IMG/VR virus record: IMGVR_UViG_3300035696_003004
Span: 8,988 to 72,987 of that record
From: a virus
Lineage: Duplodnaviria; Caudoviricetes
Length of the DNA: 64,000 nt
Direction: 5' to 3' (one strand)
Part shown: positions 27,045-36,794 of the stretch, piece by piece
How the letters are laid out: each line of letters opens with the position of its first letter
Position numbering within the stretch: position 1 is the stretch's first letter
Notes under the pieces: generated by a model
What the model saw: only the letters and a program-made list of their open reading frames with translations
The model's database searches: none
Told to the model about the DNA's origin: nothing
Position numbers and translations under genes: made by a program

Positions 27045-29096
27045 ATGGAGTTGGAAACAACCGAGTGGCAATGTCCAAAGTTTGAAACTTCCCCTAGCAT
27101 TCGTGCTGGATGGGTTGAAGAACAAATTCAAGAGGGCGAAGGCTTTCTGGAAGGCCAGACTTGCTACAAAAATTTAGGTGCCAATTTACGTGTATTTGAT
27201 GCTATTTTTCGTGATAAGTCGCGTTCGACCTTAATAACAAACGAACTTAAATACGATATACGTAAATTCTGCGAAACGCTTGCCGAAGTTCGTGAAATTG
27301 CCGCTTATGGATCGGATTTTCCCGCCTATAAAAAATTTGCTGAGATGCTTACCAAGGTTGCGCGATGTGTTTATCTAGAGTCTGATTTTCCCTTCCAGAT
27401 TTTAAAAGTTTTGCAATATGCCAGCGTAATGGGTATTGGTTACTTGTGGCCAAAAGTGCGAGCCGATGAATATGGCTATGGTGAACGCAAGATCGTTTTC
27501 GACGCACTTGGACTTTTAGATGTTGTTCCGGTTCAAATTCCGCGAACTAACGATGTTCAAGATGCTTATGCAAACACAGTTTATGACTACATGCCGATTG
27601 CGGAAGCGCACGGACGTTTTCCGCTTTTTCAGGGTCTTTTACAAACAGTTGGCCCTCGTAGTTATAAAACCAAAGTACAAGCACGACGCTTAGACTATGC
27701 TGAACGCTATCGTTACGGCGAACAAGGTCGAAGTTTTGGCAATTTGTATACAGAAATTCGTTACACATTTATTCGGGATCTTCGTATCAATAATACCGGC
27801 TATGAATTGCCAATGGGCGATCCTGGTACTAGCTGGTTCTACAAAGTACCGTTTGTTGGCCAAATGATATTTGGTGGCATGCGTAACGGAATGCCCTATA
27901 TGCGTCCGGCATCCATTGAGGACTGCCGCGTGTATCCCAATCTGCGGCTCATTATCACATCGGCTGGTCTCGATCGACCGATGTACGACGGACCGGCATT
28001 CGATTGGGATGGGAAAATGCCGATCATTCAGTACGTTGTTGATGATTGGGCGTGGGAGCCGATGGGTCGTTCGCTCGTTGGCGATGTAGGCTCAATCGAA
28101 ATTACAACGCGAAAAATTGAACGAAAAATCGATCAGGTGATTACTGCCACGCTAAATCCGCCGATTGGTTACGATCACACCGCAACGGGCGGTCCGAAAA
28201 TCGAACACTTCGACATTTTTGAAGAAGATGTGCGCTACGGTGTGGATGGCGAACCACGGAAAATTATGCAATCCATCCTTCCCGAAGAAGTTCGTGTTCA
28301 AGGAGAACATTTTAAGTTTTTAGAATACCTAAAAAATTGCAAACAGGCTCAACTTGGCTTGCAAGATCTTGGAAATCTGCAAAATATCAAAATGAATTTG
28401 GCCAATGATACCGCCGATAAAATGCTGGAATCAATTGGCCCGATTGCAAAGGGTATTGCGGCTAGGATCGAAAAAGCGAATAAAGCCATTGGCCAGCGTA
28501 TGAAGTTTCTTATTTTGCAATGGTTTAATGTGCCGAGAATTATGGAATATGTTGGCCCCGATCAAATTGATCGTGCGGTTTTTGATTTTAATCCTGACGA
28601 TTTAGTTCCGAGCCATATGCCCGATGAGCTGATTGGCGGTACTTTTCCGTCATCTCCATCACAGTACGATCGGTTAACGCGCGCGCGTTGGTTTACACGG
28701 CAAATTCGCTTAGTTTCCGTGCCAAGCACGCTGTTACGCATTACGCAAATGCAAGAGCAATTGAAGTATTTGCAGCTAAAACGTGGAAATGCTCCAATTT
28801 CTTGGGCAACAGTTATGAAAAAGCTTGATGTACCGAACTATGGCGACGTGAACGGTAATACAGAACGTGAAAAGTGGTTTAACGAAGAACTTGAAATGCA
28901 GAAACTTAAGATCATTGCCGCCGCAGCTGCCCAGCAATTGATGCAACAACTTGGCGTGCAACCGCCACAAGGTGCTGGTGGCGGGAAAGGCGGCGGCGGA
29001 AAAGGTGGTCGTCCACCGAGTGGAGCAAAAGCACCGCAGTTAAAACAAAAAGGAGCACAGGGTGGAACGCCTCGTTCAGTTGTCACTGAATCGTAG
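27045..29096 (+). CDS. Portal protein
   Basis: 683 aa directly after TerL, helical, Gln/Gly-rich C-terminal tail; assigned mainly by synteny. Confidence 0.75.
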   Translation: MELETTEWQCPKFETSPSIRAGWVEEQIQEGEGFLEGQTCYKNLGANLRVFDAIFRDKSRSTLITNELKYDIRKFCETLAEVREIAAYGSDFPAYKKFAEMLTKVARCVYLESDFPFQILKVLQYASVMGIGYLWPKVRADEYGYGERKIVFDALGLLDVVPVQIPRTNDVQDAYANTVYDYMPIAEAHGRFPLFQGLLQTVGPRSYKTKVQARRLDYAERYRYGEQGRSFGNLYTEIRYTFIRDLRINNTGYELPMGDPGTSWFYKVPFVGQMIFGGMRNGMPYMRPASIEDCRVYPNLRLIITSAGLDRPMYDGPAFDWDGKMPIIQYVVDDWAWEPMGRSLVGDVGSIEITTRKIERKIDQVITATLNPPIGYDHTATGGPKIEHFDIFEEDVRYGVDGEPRKIMQSILPEEVRVQGEHFKFLEYLKNCKQAQLGLQDLGNLQNIKMNLANDTADKMLESIGPIAKGIAARIEKANKAIGQRMKFLILQWFNVPRIMEYVGPDQIDRAVFDFNPDDLVPSHMPDELIGGTFPSSPSQYDRLTRARWFTRQIRLVSVPSTLLRITQMQEQLKYLQLKRGNAPISWATVMKKLDVPNYGDVNGNTEREKWFNEELEMQKLKIIAAAAAQQLMQQLGVQPPQGAGGGKGGGGKGGRPPSGAKAPQLKQKGAQGGTPRSVVTES

Positions 29097-29118
29097 TGAA
29101 TAAAAGGGAGAGAGATGT

Positions 29119-29358
29119 ATGCCTGTAAAGATCAAAGTACAAAAAGATTACTTTATGACCGAAGTAAGTGCTGATTTGCCAGCAGATGTTGGTGAACTTA
29201 ATGACGAACTTTTGGCAATTGGAACGACTGGAAAAATGGTTGTGCAGTATAACCACGGCAGTGTACAAGGCATTAACGTGGAGCAAAGAACAAAGATTCC
29301 GGACAATGTAGCGGATGAAATCAGAAAATTATTAGGCATTGGGACAAAAATTTCGTAA
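29119..29358 (+). CDS. Hypothetical protein
   Basis: GGGAG SD; 79 aa. Confidence 0.65.
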   Translation: MPVKIKVQKDYFMTEVSADLPADVGELNDELLAIGTTGKMVVQYNHGSVQGINVEQRTKIPDNVADEIRKLLGIGTKIS

Positions 29359-29365
29359 TTAGGAC

Positions 29366-29394
29366 TTGACATGAAACAAGATAAGTCCTATACA
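29366..29394 (+). promoter_or_regulatory. Promoter feeding leader copy B
   Basis: TTGACA-17 bp-TATACA, overlapped by inverted repeat TAGGACTT...AAGTCCTA (29360-29390). Confidence 0.55.
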
Positions 29395-29405
29395 TCGAAA
29401 AGATA

Positions 29406-29480
29406 TTGAGCGGCATGCCCCCCCTCCTTGGGGAAGAAGCAATGGCTCAGGACCGAAATGGCCTTGAGCCATTTCTATTT
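29406..29480 (+). promoter_or_regulatory. Conserved structured late leader/attenuator, copy B
   Basis: TTGAGCggCATGC-CCCC tcctt GGGG-AAGAAGC-AATGGCTCAGG...CTTGAGCCATT-TCTATTT. Confidence 0.85.
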
Positions 29481-29498
29481 CAACCCAAGGAGATAACC

Positions 29499-29609
29499 AT
29501 GGCGAAGAGACACAAAATCGGAATGGTTAAGGCAAGCCACTTAAAGAAGGGCAGAGGCCGCAAGCGTGGTCGCAAACGTGGTGGCAAAAAGAGCGCCATT
29601 AAGGCTTAA
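29499..29609 (+). CDS. 36-aa Lys/Arg-rich microprotein
   Basis: AAGGAG SD; MAKRHKIGMVKASHLKKGRGRKRGRKRGGKKSAIKA. Confidence 0.75.
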   Translation: MAKRHKIGMVKASHLKKGRGRKRGRKRGGKKSAIKA

Positions 29610-29622
29610 GTAAAGGAACCCA

Positions 29623-29937
29623 ATGGCGAGTACACCTACAGCAATGCCCGATCAACAAACGCAAGGCGCCGCTCCTCCAACAGGGGGCGGCGCGCCCCCG
29701 CAGAATGCGCCTGTTCAAACTCCACCTCCTGAACAAGCAGCGGCCCCGTCACAAGGACCAACTAGCGGATTGCAACAATTGCTTTTCCAATGGTCACAAG
29801 TAGTGAAACAGATTGCTGCATCGGATCCCCGGCTAGCACCTGGAGCCGAAAAGATTTCTCAGGGTATTCAAGACATGCAGACGGCGATTATTTCGCCACC
29901 GCAACCGACGCCGATGGGTCAGCAACCACAATACTAA
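29623..29937 (+). CDS. Pro/Gln-rich hypothetical protein
   Basis: AAGG SD; 104 aa. Confidence 0.7.
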   Translation: MASTPTAMPDQQTQGAAPPTGGGAPPQNAPVQTPPPEQAAAPSQGPTSGLQQLLFQWSQVVKQIAASDPRLAPGAEKISQGIQDMQTAIISPPQPTPMGQQPQY

Positions 29938-29961
29938 AAAATTGCGGGAGAAGAAAAGGTT

Positions 29962-30990
29962 ATGCCTACAGTTTCAGAGTTACTAAAGCAATCCGGTCTT
30001 ACCGATGAACAGATCGCGGCACTTGATCCAAAGATGGTCAGTTCATTTAGTGGCATTTTGACGTCCGCCGACAGTGAACGCCAAGCCGCACAGCAAGCAG
30101 CAGCTAAAGCTGAAGCGGAACGTAAAGCCGCAGCCGAAGATGCGGCAAAGGCCGAACAAGAACATCAAGCAGCTATGAAAGCCAAAGAAGAAGCGGAATT
30201 GGCTGATCGTAGTTGGCGCCAGTTTTACGATGAAAGCGTTACGCCGGCACTAAATACATGGGGAACTGAAAAGGCCAATCTTGAAGCGCAATTAGCTTTT
30301 TACCGTGCGCAAAATGATGCTGCCCGCGCTGGTGGTTTTGTTCCGCAAGATGCGCCAGGTTATGTGCCACAAGCTTTAGATCCATCCAATGCTTCGGCCG
30401 CACAACCGCGTGATCCCAAAGGTCGTTATGTGGCAGGTGCCGCAACTGGAACGCCAGGCTCGCCTGTTTTTACGGTGGATGCAATTGAAGAACGTCTTGG
30501 CAATGGCATCAGTAATATCGGCTGGGCGATGCAGGAATATGCCAGATTGAACGAAGGCAAGATTTTACCTGATCCTTTTGATTCGCTAGCAAAAGAAGCA
30601 ACAAATATGCGCCTCCCGTTTCGCGATTATGTCGCGCGGAAATACGACTTTGCTGGCAAACAGGCGGAAATGCAGCAAAAAATGCAGCAAGAACATGATG
30701 CTCAAGTCGCTGCTAGCGCTGTGAAGCCATTGCAAGAACAGTTGGCGGTAAAAGAAAAAGAATGGCAGGAAAAGTTATCAGCCAAAGATAAGGAATGGGC
30801 CGAAAAGATTGGCTCTAACCCGGACGTTCGTATTGCGCAACCATCGCGGTTTGCTGATGTTGCGCGCGCCGTAAAGGCAAATGAACGTCCAGATCCGTTG
30901 AATTTGAATGAACAACAACGTCGACTAGCTACTTCGCAAGCGATCCGCCATGAAATTGTAGAGCAAAACATGGAACAAGCGGCTGCGTAA
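29962..30990 (+). CDS. Capsid scaffolding protein
   Basis: Ala/Glu/Gln-rich coiled coil immediately upstream of the capsid gene. Confidence 0.65.
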   Translation: MPTVSELLKQSGLTDEQIAALDPKMVSSFSGILTSADSERQAAQQAAAKAEAERKAAAEDAAKAEQEHQAAMKAKEEAELADRSWRQFYDESVTPALNTWGTEKANLEAQLAFYRAQNDAARAGGFVPQDAPGYVPQALDPSNASAAQPRDPKGRYVAGAATGTPGSPVFTVDAIEERLGNGISNIGWAMQEYARLNEGKILPDPFDSLAKEATNMRLPFRDYVARKYDFAGKQAEMQQKMQQEHDAQVAASAVKPLQEQLAVKEKEWQEKLSAKDKEWAEKIGSNPDVRIAQPSRFADVARAVKANERPDPLNLNEQQRRLATSQAIRHEIVEQNMEQAAA

Positions 30991-31016
30991 AGTAACGACG
31001 CTGAATTAAGTTTTTC

Positions 31017-31088
31017 GAGACGCATGCCCCCCTTCGGGGAATAAGCAATGGCTCAAAACCATTAATGGTTTTGGGCCTTTTTTATTTT
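31017..31088 (+). promoter_or_regulatory. Conserved structured late leader/attenuator, copy C
   Basis: GAGAcgCATGC-CCCC cttc GGGG-AATAAGC-AATGGCTCAAAACCAttaaTGGTTTTGGGCC-TTTTTTATTTT. Confidence 0.8.
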
Positions 31089-31192
31089 GGAAGAAAAACG
31101 GTGATTGTAAGCAAAAATTTCAAGATCCGACTTGGATGGATTGTCGTCGGAGAAACACCCAGCAATGGAGACACTTTCGAAAGGAGCAGCAA

Positions 31193-31228
31193 ATGGCAAA
31201 AGTTAAGAAAGTTCTAGCTATTGCCTAG
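31193..31228 (+). CDS. 11-aa basic mini-ORF ahead of the capsid gene
   Basis: AAAGGAG SD; MAKVKKVLAIA*. Confidence 0.4.
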   Translation: MAKVKKVLAIA

Positions 31229-31239
31229 CTGACCGTATT

Positions 31240-32472
31240 ATGCCAACTGATCCTCTCTACAACGAAATAGACGCTTCTAACTTAGAAAGTGTCAGAAAGA
31301 ACGTGGTATATAACAATCTGTTTGTCGATACCCCGTTCCAGGCTAAGTTGCGCCGTGCTGGTGTTTGGGATGAGTTCCTTGGTGGCGCCGGCATGATGGA
31401 AGGCATCTTGTACGGGCGCACGCAGGGAGCTGCGGTGAACCCGGGCCAGACCGTCACCGTAACCCGCCAGCAAATCAACACCGGCATCAAGTTCCTGCCC
31501 AAGGCTTATGCCGCGTGGTATCCGCTGGATGACTGGGAAATGGATGATGGTTCCGGTACAGGCGGCGTCATCAATTCCGGTCCATCGAAGATTGTGGACG
31601 AATACCAACTCTACATGGAAGCGATGGTAATGACTATCAACACCATGCAAGAGATGGATTCGTTCCGCCATGGGCAACCGTCCTCAACAACCGTTCAGGA
31701 TAACCGTATTAAGACGATCAACGGCCTGGACGAAGCGCTGAATAACGGTATTGATAACTCGGTGTATGGCAATATCTACACCAATTACGGCGGACAAGCG
31801 CGCAACGGGAATATTGGAACTGCGCTCAATGCTACGCCGCTATTTCTGGGTACATCGGCCGGTGCTCCTGGGCTGATCGATTTTGCCTCGTTGATGCAGC
31901 TCTGGTCGCAGTGCAAAGTTACCGGCGGCAATCCGACGCTGGGTATTACGAATGTGTTTGGTTTTAAGGCTATCGCCATCGCGCTCGATGCGCAGCGGCG
32001 TGACGTTTCTAATACCAAACACGACATCAAGTGGGATGGTATGAACTTTAATGGCGTCGACATTTATGCCGATCCGCTAGCACCATCCGCCCAAGCACAA
32101 AACTATCTTGAATTGGCACCGGCCAACGGCGCAGCAGGAAACACGAATCTTGCTGACGGCGTTGGATCGAGCACGGCAACGGTTACCTTTACTACGCCGC
32201 AATTTACAAAAAATGGTGCGCCTGTATCTGTATCGCCGACCGGTTCTGGTTTGCCGTCAAATACGACAATTCAGCCTTCCGAAGTCCTTTACTTCCTGGA
32301 GCCGGAAAGCTTCAAGATCCGCCCGACAAACAAAAAGGGCTGGAACTTTGGATTGCGCCGCGCACCAATGCCAAACAACGTAAGCATTGATGCTTTGTTT
32401 ATGCGGCTTGGCACAAATCTCTACAACACTCAGCCTCGTCACAATGGCTACGCATTTGGCTTTACTGCCTGA
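31240..32472 (+). CDS. Major capsid protein
   Basis: 410 aa after the scaffold; size, synteny and Gly/Asn-rich HK97-like composition. Confidence 0.75.
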   Translation: MPTDPLYNEIDASNLESVRKNVVYNNLFVDTPFQAKLRRAGVWDEFLGGAGMMEGILYGRTQGAAVNPGQTVTVTRQQINTGIKFLPKAYAAWYPLDDWEMDDGSGTGGVINSGPSKIVDEYQLYMEAMVMTINTMQEMDSFRHGQPSSTTVQDNRIKTINGLDEALNNGIDNSVYGNIYTNYGGQARNGNIGTALNATPLFLGTSAGAPGLIDFASLMQLWSQCKVTGGNPTLGITNVFGFKAIAIALDAQRRDVSNTKHDIKWDGMNFNGVDIYADPLAPSAQAQNYLELAPANGAAGNTNLADGVGSSTATVTFTTPQFTKNGAPVSVSPTGSGLPSNTTIQPSEVLYFLEPESFKIRPTNKKGWNFGLRRAPMPNNVSIDALFMRLGTNLYNTQPRHNGYAFGFTA

Positions 32473-32487
32473 AATTAGGAGACGATC

Positions 32488-33321
32488 ATGCCTTTTCAAC
32501 CAATTTTGCCGACTTGGTTAGCTATTAACAATGCGAACTTTACGTCGCCGACGGCATTGACCGATCCTCGTACTGGCTTGCCATTTGCTGCTGGCGGCTT
32601 GAACCTCGGCGATTATTTCGATTTAACCGAGCAGGAAGCGAATAGCGCATCCTATACCACCAATGGCACGCTTCATTCCGGTCGGTATCGCTTTGTGCTA
32701 GTTGATTCTGGTGCTAATTCCACAAATGTGAAAACCGGTACCGTGGGATATCTGCGGCCTGGCTTCTCTGTATCAAACGTTGTTATCACGGCGGCAGGAA
32801 CGGGTGCGACAACAGGCGTATACAATATTGCGGCCACGACAGGCACCGGTGGCGGAACTGGCGCAATGATCCAAGTTGTCGTTGGCTCTACTGGAACTAT
32901 TACTTCGGCAACTGTGTTGCAAGGTGGCAATTACTACGTTTCGGTTCCAACTTTTTCGCTGACGATTACTGGAACAAGTGGTGGCACGGTTGCAGCTGAA
33001 TTGTCTACTTCGCCCAATGTGATAACTGACTTTTCCAACAAGGTTACCGCAGTACGACCGGTTGTGTTCCTGAATTCAATTACACCTGGAAATTATGGGT
33101 TTATTCAGGAATTGGGAGTGGCTACAGTACTTGGCCAATCCTCTTCGTTTACAGATACGACTATCGGTGACTGGATCGATGCGGTTTCTGGTGGCGTTGT
33201 CAATTCGCGCGCGGCTTCCGGTAGTCCGACTGGCGTGACGATTGGTCAAGCGATCGATTTGCCAGTGGTATCGAACTTGTTCAAAATTTACATGAACAAC
33301 GTGCCTGTGGTTCAGGACTAA
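32488..33321 (+). CDS. Capsid decoration/minor structural protein
   Basis: Thr/Gly-rich beta protein following the MCP; AGGAG SD. Confidence 0.6.
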   Translation: MPFQPILPTWLAINNANFTSPTALTDPRTGLPFAAGGLNLGDYFDLTEQEANSASYTTNGTLHSGRYRFVLVDSGANSTNVKTGTVGYLRPGFSVSNVVITAAGTGATTGVYNIAATTGTGGGTGAMIQVVVGSTGTITSATVLQGGNYYVSVPTFSLTITGTSGGTVAAELSTSPNVITDFSNKVTAVRPVVFLNSITPGNYGFIQELGVATVLGQSSSFTDTTIGDWIDAVSGGVVNSRAASGSPTGVTIGQAIDLPVVSNLFKIYMNNVPVVQD

Positions 33322-33331
33322 CAGCTCGTTA

Positions 33332-33364
33332 CGGCGAAGCAGATCATAAAAGTCTGCTTCGCCG
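33332..33364 (+). other. 12-bp hairpin (processing or stability element, or terminator without U-tract)
   Basis: CGGCGAAGCAGA-N9-TCTGCTTCGCCG. Confidence 0.5.
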
Positions 33365-33386
33365 AGCAGCTTGAGTAGGAGCGGTT

Positions 33387-33722
33387 ATGGTTCTCAATGT
33401 GCTTTACGGGCTGTATCCGGATTTTGTCGGTCGCCGCGCAATCATTGTCGGCAATGGCACGGGCCCAGCTTTGTATGTAACTGGTGGCGATACAGTTACG
33501 CTTAATTTGCCCAATTACTACATTGATGCACTTGCGGGCGAAGTTTTGACGGTAAGTGGAAACTACTATGTGCGACCAATTCCGTCTGCAGTTGGACCTC
33601 GAGCCGTTTGGAAACTGAAATGGTACTACGCAACTGGCGCTTCGGCAAATACTGAAGTGACTGCAAGTACCGTTTTGTCGTCCGAGCAACTTCAAATTGG
33701 CGGATTTTGTGGGCAATTTTAA
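33387..33722 (+). CDS. Virion structural protein
   Basis: AGGAG SD; 111 aa in the head module. Confidence 0.6.
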   Translation: MVLNVLYGLYPDFVGRRAIIVGNGTGPALYVTGGDTVTLNLPNYYIDALAGEVLTVSGNYYVRPIPSAVGPRAVWKLKWYYATGASANTEVTASTVLSSEQLQIGGFCGQF

Positions 33723-33808
33723 GCAGGAATAAAGCGTCTTTCTCCCGGAGACACTTACCCGGCTCTTGTGGGGAAATCCCATAAGAGCCGTTTTGTTAGG
33801 AGCGCAAC

Positions 33809-34822
33809 GTGGCTCTTCAAAACATGCGACAAGAGTTACTTGGAATTCCGGGAACAAACTTTGGCTTAGTAACCACTAAAGTCAATGAAGCTTTTGCTGC
33901 AATTCAAAATGAAAACGTTTGGAGTTTTCAGTTAACCGATGGTGGATGGCTTACGCCTGGATTGCTTGGTGGTCCTAATACACAATTTCTTAGTCCAGGA
34001 ACAATTACGGTTACACCATTTACCAACACTATTACAGGAGATGCAACTGCTTCTGCCGCATGGATTGCTGCTTTAATTAGCCCTCCATTGCTTACGCAAC
34101 AACAAATACGCGTTCCGTATTATTCGCTGTACAGCATTATTGCCGCAAATGTGACAAACCCCAGTGCGGTTGTATTAACCATTGATCGGCCATGGATGGA
34201 GCCAAAACAAACTAATGGTACATACATGATTTATCAGGCATATTATGCCGCACCGGTTGGATTTAAACGTTGGTACAACATTCGCGATACCACCAATAAC
34301 AACTATATGGACTGGTGGAGCAAAACTGAAATTGATTTAGCAAATGAAGATGCTGAGCGAACCGATTTTGATGAGCCGCTTTATGTAGTGCCGTACAAAA
34401 TGGATACACGCGTGGGAAGCGCAACGTATGGCCAAATGCTTTTTGAACTTTGGCCACATCCGATTACGCAACTTCCTTATACGTTTGCTTGTCAAGCAAA
34501 TTGGCCAGTGCTTAGTAGCCCTTCTGCTACTGTACCGTACCCGCTTAACGACGAGTTGGTTAAGTTACGTGCATACGAAATGCTTTATTTGTGGAAAGAA
34601 TCGCAAAAGGGCGATGAGATGGAGCGCGGCGCAGGAGCTAATTGGCAATTTCTTTTACAAGCCGCACGAGCTGAATATGATGACCGGCTTAAACATATTC
34701 GCGTGATGGACAAAAGTATTGTTGATCTTTATTTCAGCAAGATGGAACGGTTGCCGTCCGCGTTTGGCGAACCGTATGCGACGGTCGAAGGTCAATTGAA
34801 TATTGGCGGATGGGGAGCATAA
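33809..34822 (+). CDS. Head-tail adaptor-like protein
   Basis: 337 aa; position and FELWPHP...YTF motif resemble podovirus adaptors. Confidence 0.5.
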   Translation: MALQNMRQELLGIPGTNFGLVTTKVNEAFAAIQNENVWSFQLTDGGWLTPGLLGGPNTQFLSPGTITVTPFTNTITGDATASAAWIAALISPPLLTQQQIRVPYYSLYSIIAANVTNPSAVVLTIDRPWMEPKQTNGTYMIYQAYYAAPVGFKRWYNIRDTTNNNYMDWWSKTEIDLANEDAERTDFDEPLYVVPYKMDTRVGSATYGQMLFELWPHPITQLPYTFACQANWPVLSSPSATVPYPLNDELVKLRAYEMLYLWKESQKGDEMERGAGANWQFLLQAARAEYDDRLKHIRVMDKSIVDLYFSKMERLPSAFGEPYATVEGQLNIGGWGA

Positions 34823-34824
34823 CT

Positions 34825-35202
34825 ATGCCAGGATATGCGGGAACAGCACAAGCTGCATTAATTCGTGACAACCAGCAGAAATACTTGTGGAACAACGAAA
34901 CGGTCGCGGTGGGAGAGGCAAGCATTGCTTTTCAAATCGAAAGAGTCAACCGCACATTTTACCCGTGGGGCATTTCGTTGGAAATTTTTTTTAATGGAAA
35001 TCCTGGTGCTTTTGAAGTTGATCTTCAAGACGCAGATATTGATATGGACTCGCACTACGTAACGGTGGATGCGATTACTGTCGGACTAAATTCTTCGTAT
35101 GTAACACGGATAGAATTGCCGTCATTTTATGCAAAGTATGTCCGCGTAAAGTTAGTTGCTTTAACTTATCCGGTAAATGTATCGGTGCTGTTAACGAGGT
35201 GA
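34825..35202 (+). CDS. Virion structural protein
   Basis: GGAG SD; beta-rich, 125 aa. Confidence 0.6.
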   Translation: MPGYAGTAQAALIRDNQQKYLWNNETVAVGEASIAFQIERVNRTFYPWGISLEIFFNGNPGAFEVDLQDADIDMDSHYVTVDAITVGLNSSYVTRIELPSFYAKYVRVKLVALTYPVNVSVLLTR

Positions 35203-35205
35203 GCG

Positions 35206-36483
35206 ATGAAGAAGCTAATTTTAATTTTGTCGGCAATATTTGTAACGGGCACGTTGATCACAGCGTTGCATGGACAAATTATCGTCGGGAATTATACAGC
35301 TACTTCATTTCAGTCAGGCGCAGCCCTTCCTGCTTCGTGCAGTGGAAGCGCCATATTTACTTTAACTACAACATGGGCACCATATTATTGCAACAATGGA
35401 ACATATACTTTATTTTCAAACGGCGGATCGTCGTTAACTTCTGCAAATTTATTAAATGGTTCTGTTGGGGCGCTACCGTATCAAACTGCAGTTAGCACAA
35501 CGGCTTTTGTGTATCCAACTACTGATTCACAAATGATTTACTTAGACGGAAATCGTACAGATTACTATATACCAGACGGCACTTTTGAGCGACCGTATAA
35601 AACTTTAGATCAATTAGGCTCTGGTTTAACAAGTTATATAAGCGGCGGAGGCACAGGGCCGATTGCCATATGGGCTAGCCCAAATAGTGCATATAGCACA
35701 GCGATCGCGTTTACGTTTCCTGCAATTGCAACTACAATTTTCGCTAATAACTCTACATGGACGTTTTCCGCTGGAGTAACTGTCAATGCTGTCCCAATGA
35801 CAATTTATGACTTAAATACGGTTGGCAATGTTACTTATTCAACTTGCTCTTCTACTACAAGAAGCGAGCGTCATGGAGGTAGTTATAGCGGCGGCAATGT
35901 AACTCTCGGAATTGGATGCTATAACCACCAGTACGGTGTAAATTTGTCTGGCAGTTCATACATTTTTACTGTAAATGGCTTGCTTTATGCAGAAGCTACT
36001 ACAGGGTCAATGACATTTGCGTCTGGTGGACCAAACGCATTTATAGCTCTTTATAACACCAATATGGCAAAAGCCACTAACTCCACTATGTACAACGTTG
36101 ACATGACGCTAGGAGGCAGAACACTTATTAGCGGCGGAATAATGGCGGCTGGAAAGTCTACTGTTGCTAACGTATATCTTCCTTTGGCAAATACTACAAC
36201 AACGGCACATGCAATTTCTGGAGTTGCCTTTACAACTGGTCTTGGAGTGCTTTGTACTAATGGTTTAACAACCTATGTAGCCATGGGGCAATTATTGGGT
36301 GCTGCTACCTATTGCACACTTCCAGCGACTTATACAGGACCAATTAATATTATGGGACAAACAATTGGAGCACAAACAATATATCGTTGTACGACTGCGG
36401 GAACTGTTCTCCCTGTCGGTTCTTTGACAACAGTAGCAGCAAATTGCGGCGCAAGTACAGCGATTGGTTTAACTGTTCAATAA
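35206..36483 (+). CDS. Ser/Thr/Gly-rich fibre or adhesin-like protein with N-terminal signal peptide
   Basis: MKKLILILSAIFVTGTLITALHG-Q signal; C-terminal YRCTTAG.LPVG.LT...NC.ASTA.GL motif shared with 36795-39320. Confidence 0.65.
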   Translation: MKKLILILSAIFVTGTLITALHGQIIVGNYTATSFQSGAALPASCSGSAIFTLTTTWAPYYCNNGTYTLFSNGGSSLTSANLLNGSVGALPYQTAVSTTAFVYPTTDSQMIYLDGNRTDYYIPDGTFERPYKTLDQLGSGLTSYISGGGTGPIAIWASPNSAYSTAIAFTFPAIATTIFANNSTWTFSAGVTVNAVPMTIYDLNTVGNVTYSTCSSTTRSERHGGSYSGGNVTLGIGCYNHQYGVNLSGSSYIFTVNGLLYAEATTGSMTFASGGPNAFIALYNTNMAKATNSTMYNVDMTLGGRTLISGGIMAAGKSTVANVYLPLANTTTTAHAISGVAFTTGLGVLCTNGLTTYVAMGQLLGAATYCTLPATYTGPINIMGQTIGAQTIYRCTTAGTVLPVGSLTTVAANCGASTAIGLTVQ

Positions 36484-36501
36484 AGAAACTAGGAGAAAAA
36501 A

Positions 36502-36777
36502 ATGAAAAAAATTGTATTTGAATTGTTGTTGTTTTTGGCTATTCCAGTTTTAGCCCAACAAGCAGCTGAACCAACTGTAACTGAGCTGAAGGCTCAAATT
36601 GCGCAGCTTAAATTGCAAATATTGCAGTTACAGTCTGCATTATTGCAATGTCAAGCTCCGCAAGTGCAACAAGAGGTTCAAAGCACACAATCGGCTTTGC
36701 GGGCTGAACAAGAAAAGAAAAAGCCAGAAGAAAAAAAGCTAGAAAGCAAAGAAGTAAAGCCGACTGGAATTAAGTAG
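36502..36777 (+). CDS. Signal-peptide/TM plus coiled-coil protein (spanin-like or fibre chaperone)
   Basis: MKKIVFELLLFLAIPVLA then Gln/Leu heptads. Confidence 0.55.
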   Translation: MKKIVFELLLFLAIPVLAQQAAEPTVTELKAQIAQLKLQILQLQSALLQCQAPQVQQEVQSTQSALRAEQEKKKPEEKKLESKEVKPTGIK

Positions 36778-36794
36778 TCGCAAAGGAAAAAACG

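Noticed and set aside
29406-29498. ORF-track N-terminal extensions MSGMPPLLGEEAMAQDRNG (also at 41106, 24080 and 48238)
   Set aside because: These are translations of the repeated RNA leader. Real starts with strong SDs lie downstream (29499, 41226, 24149, 48328).
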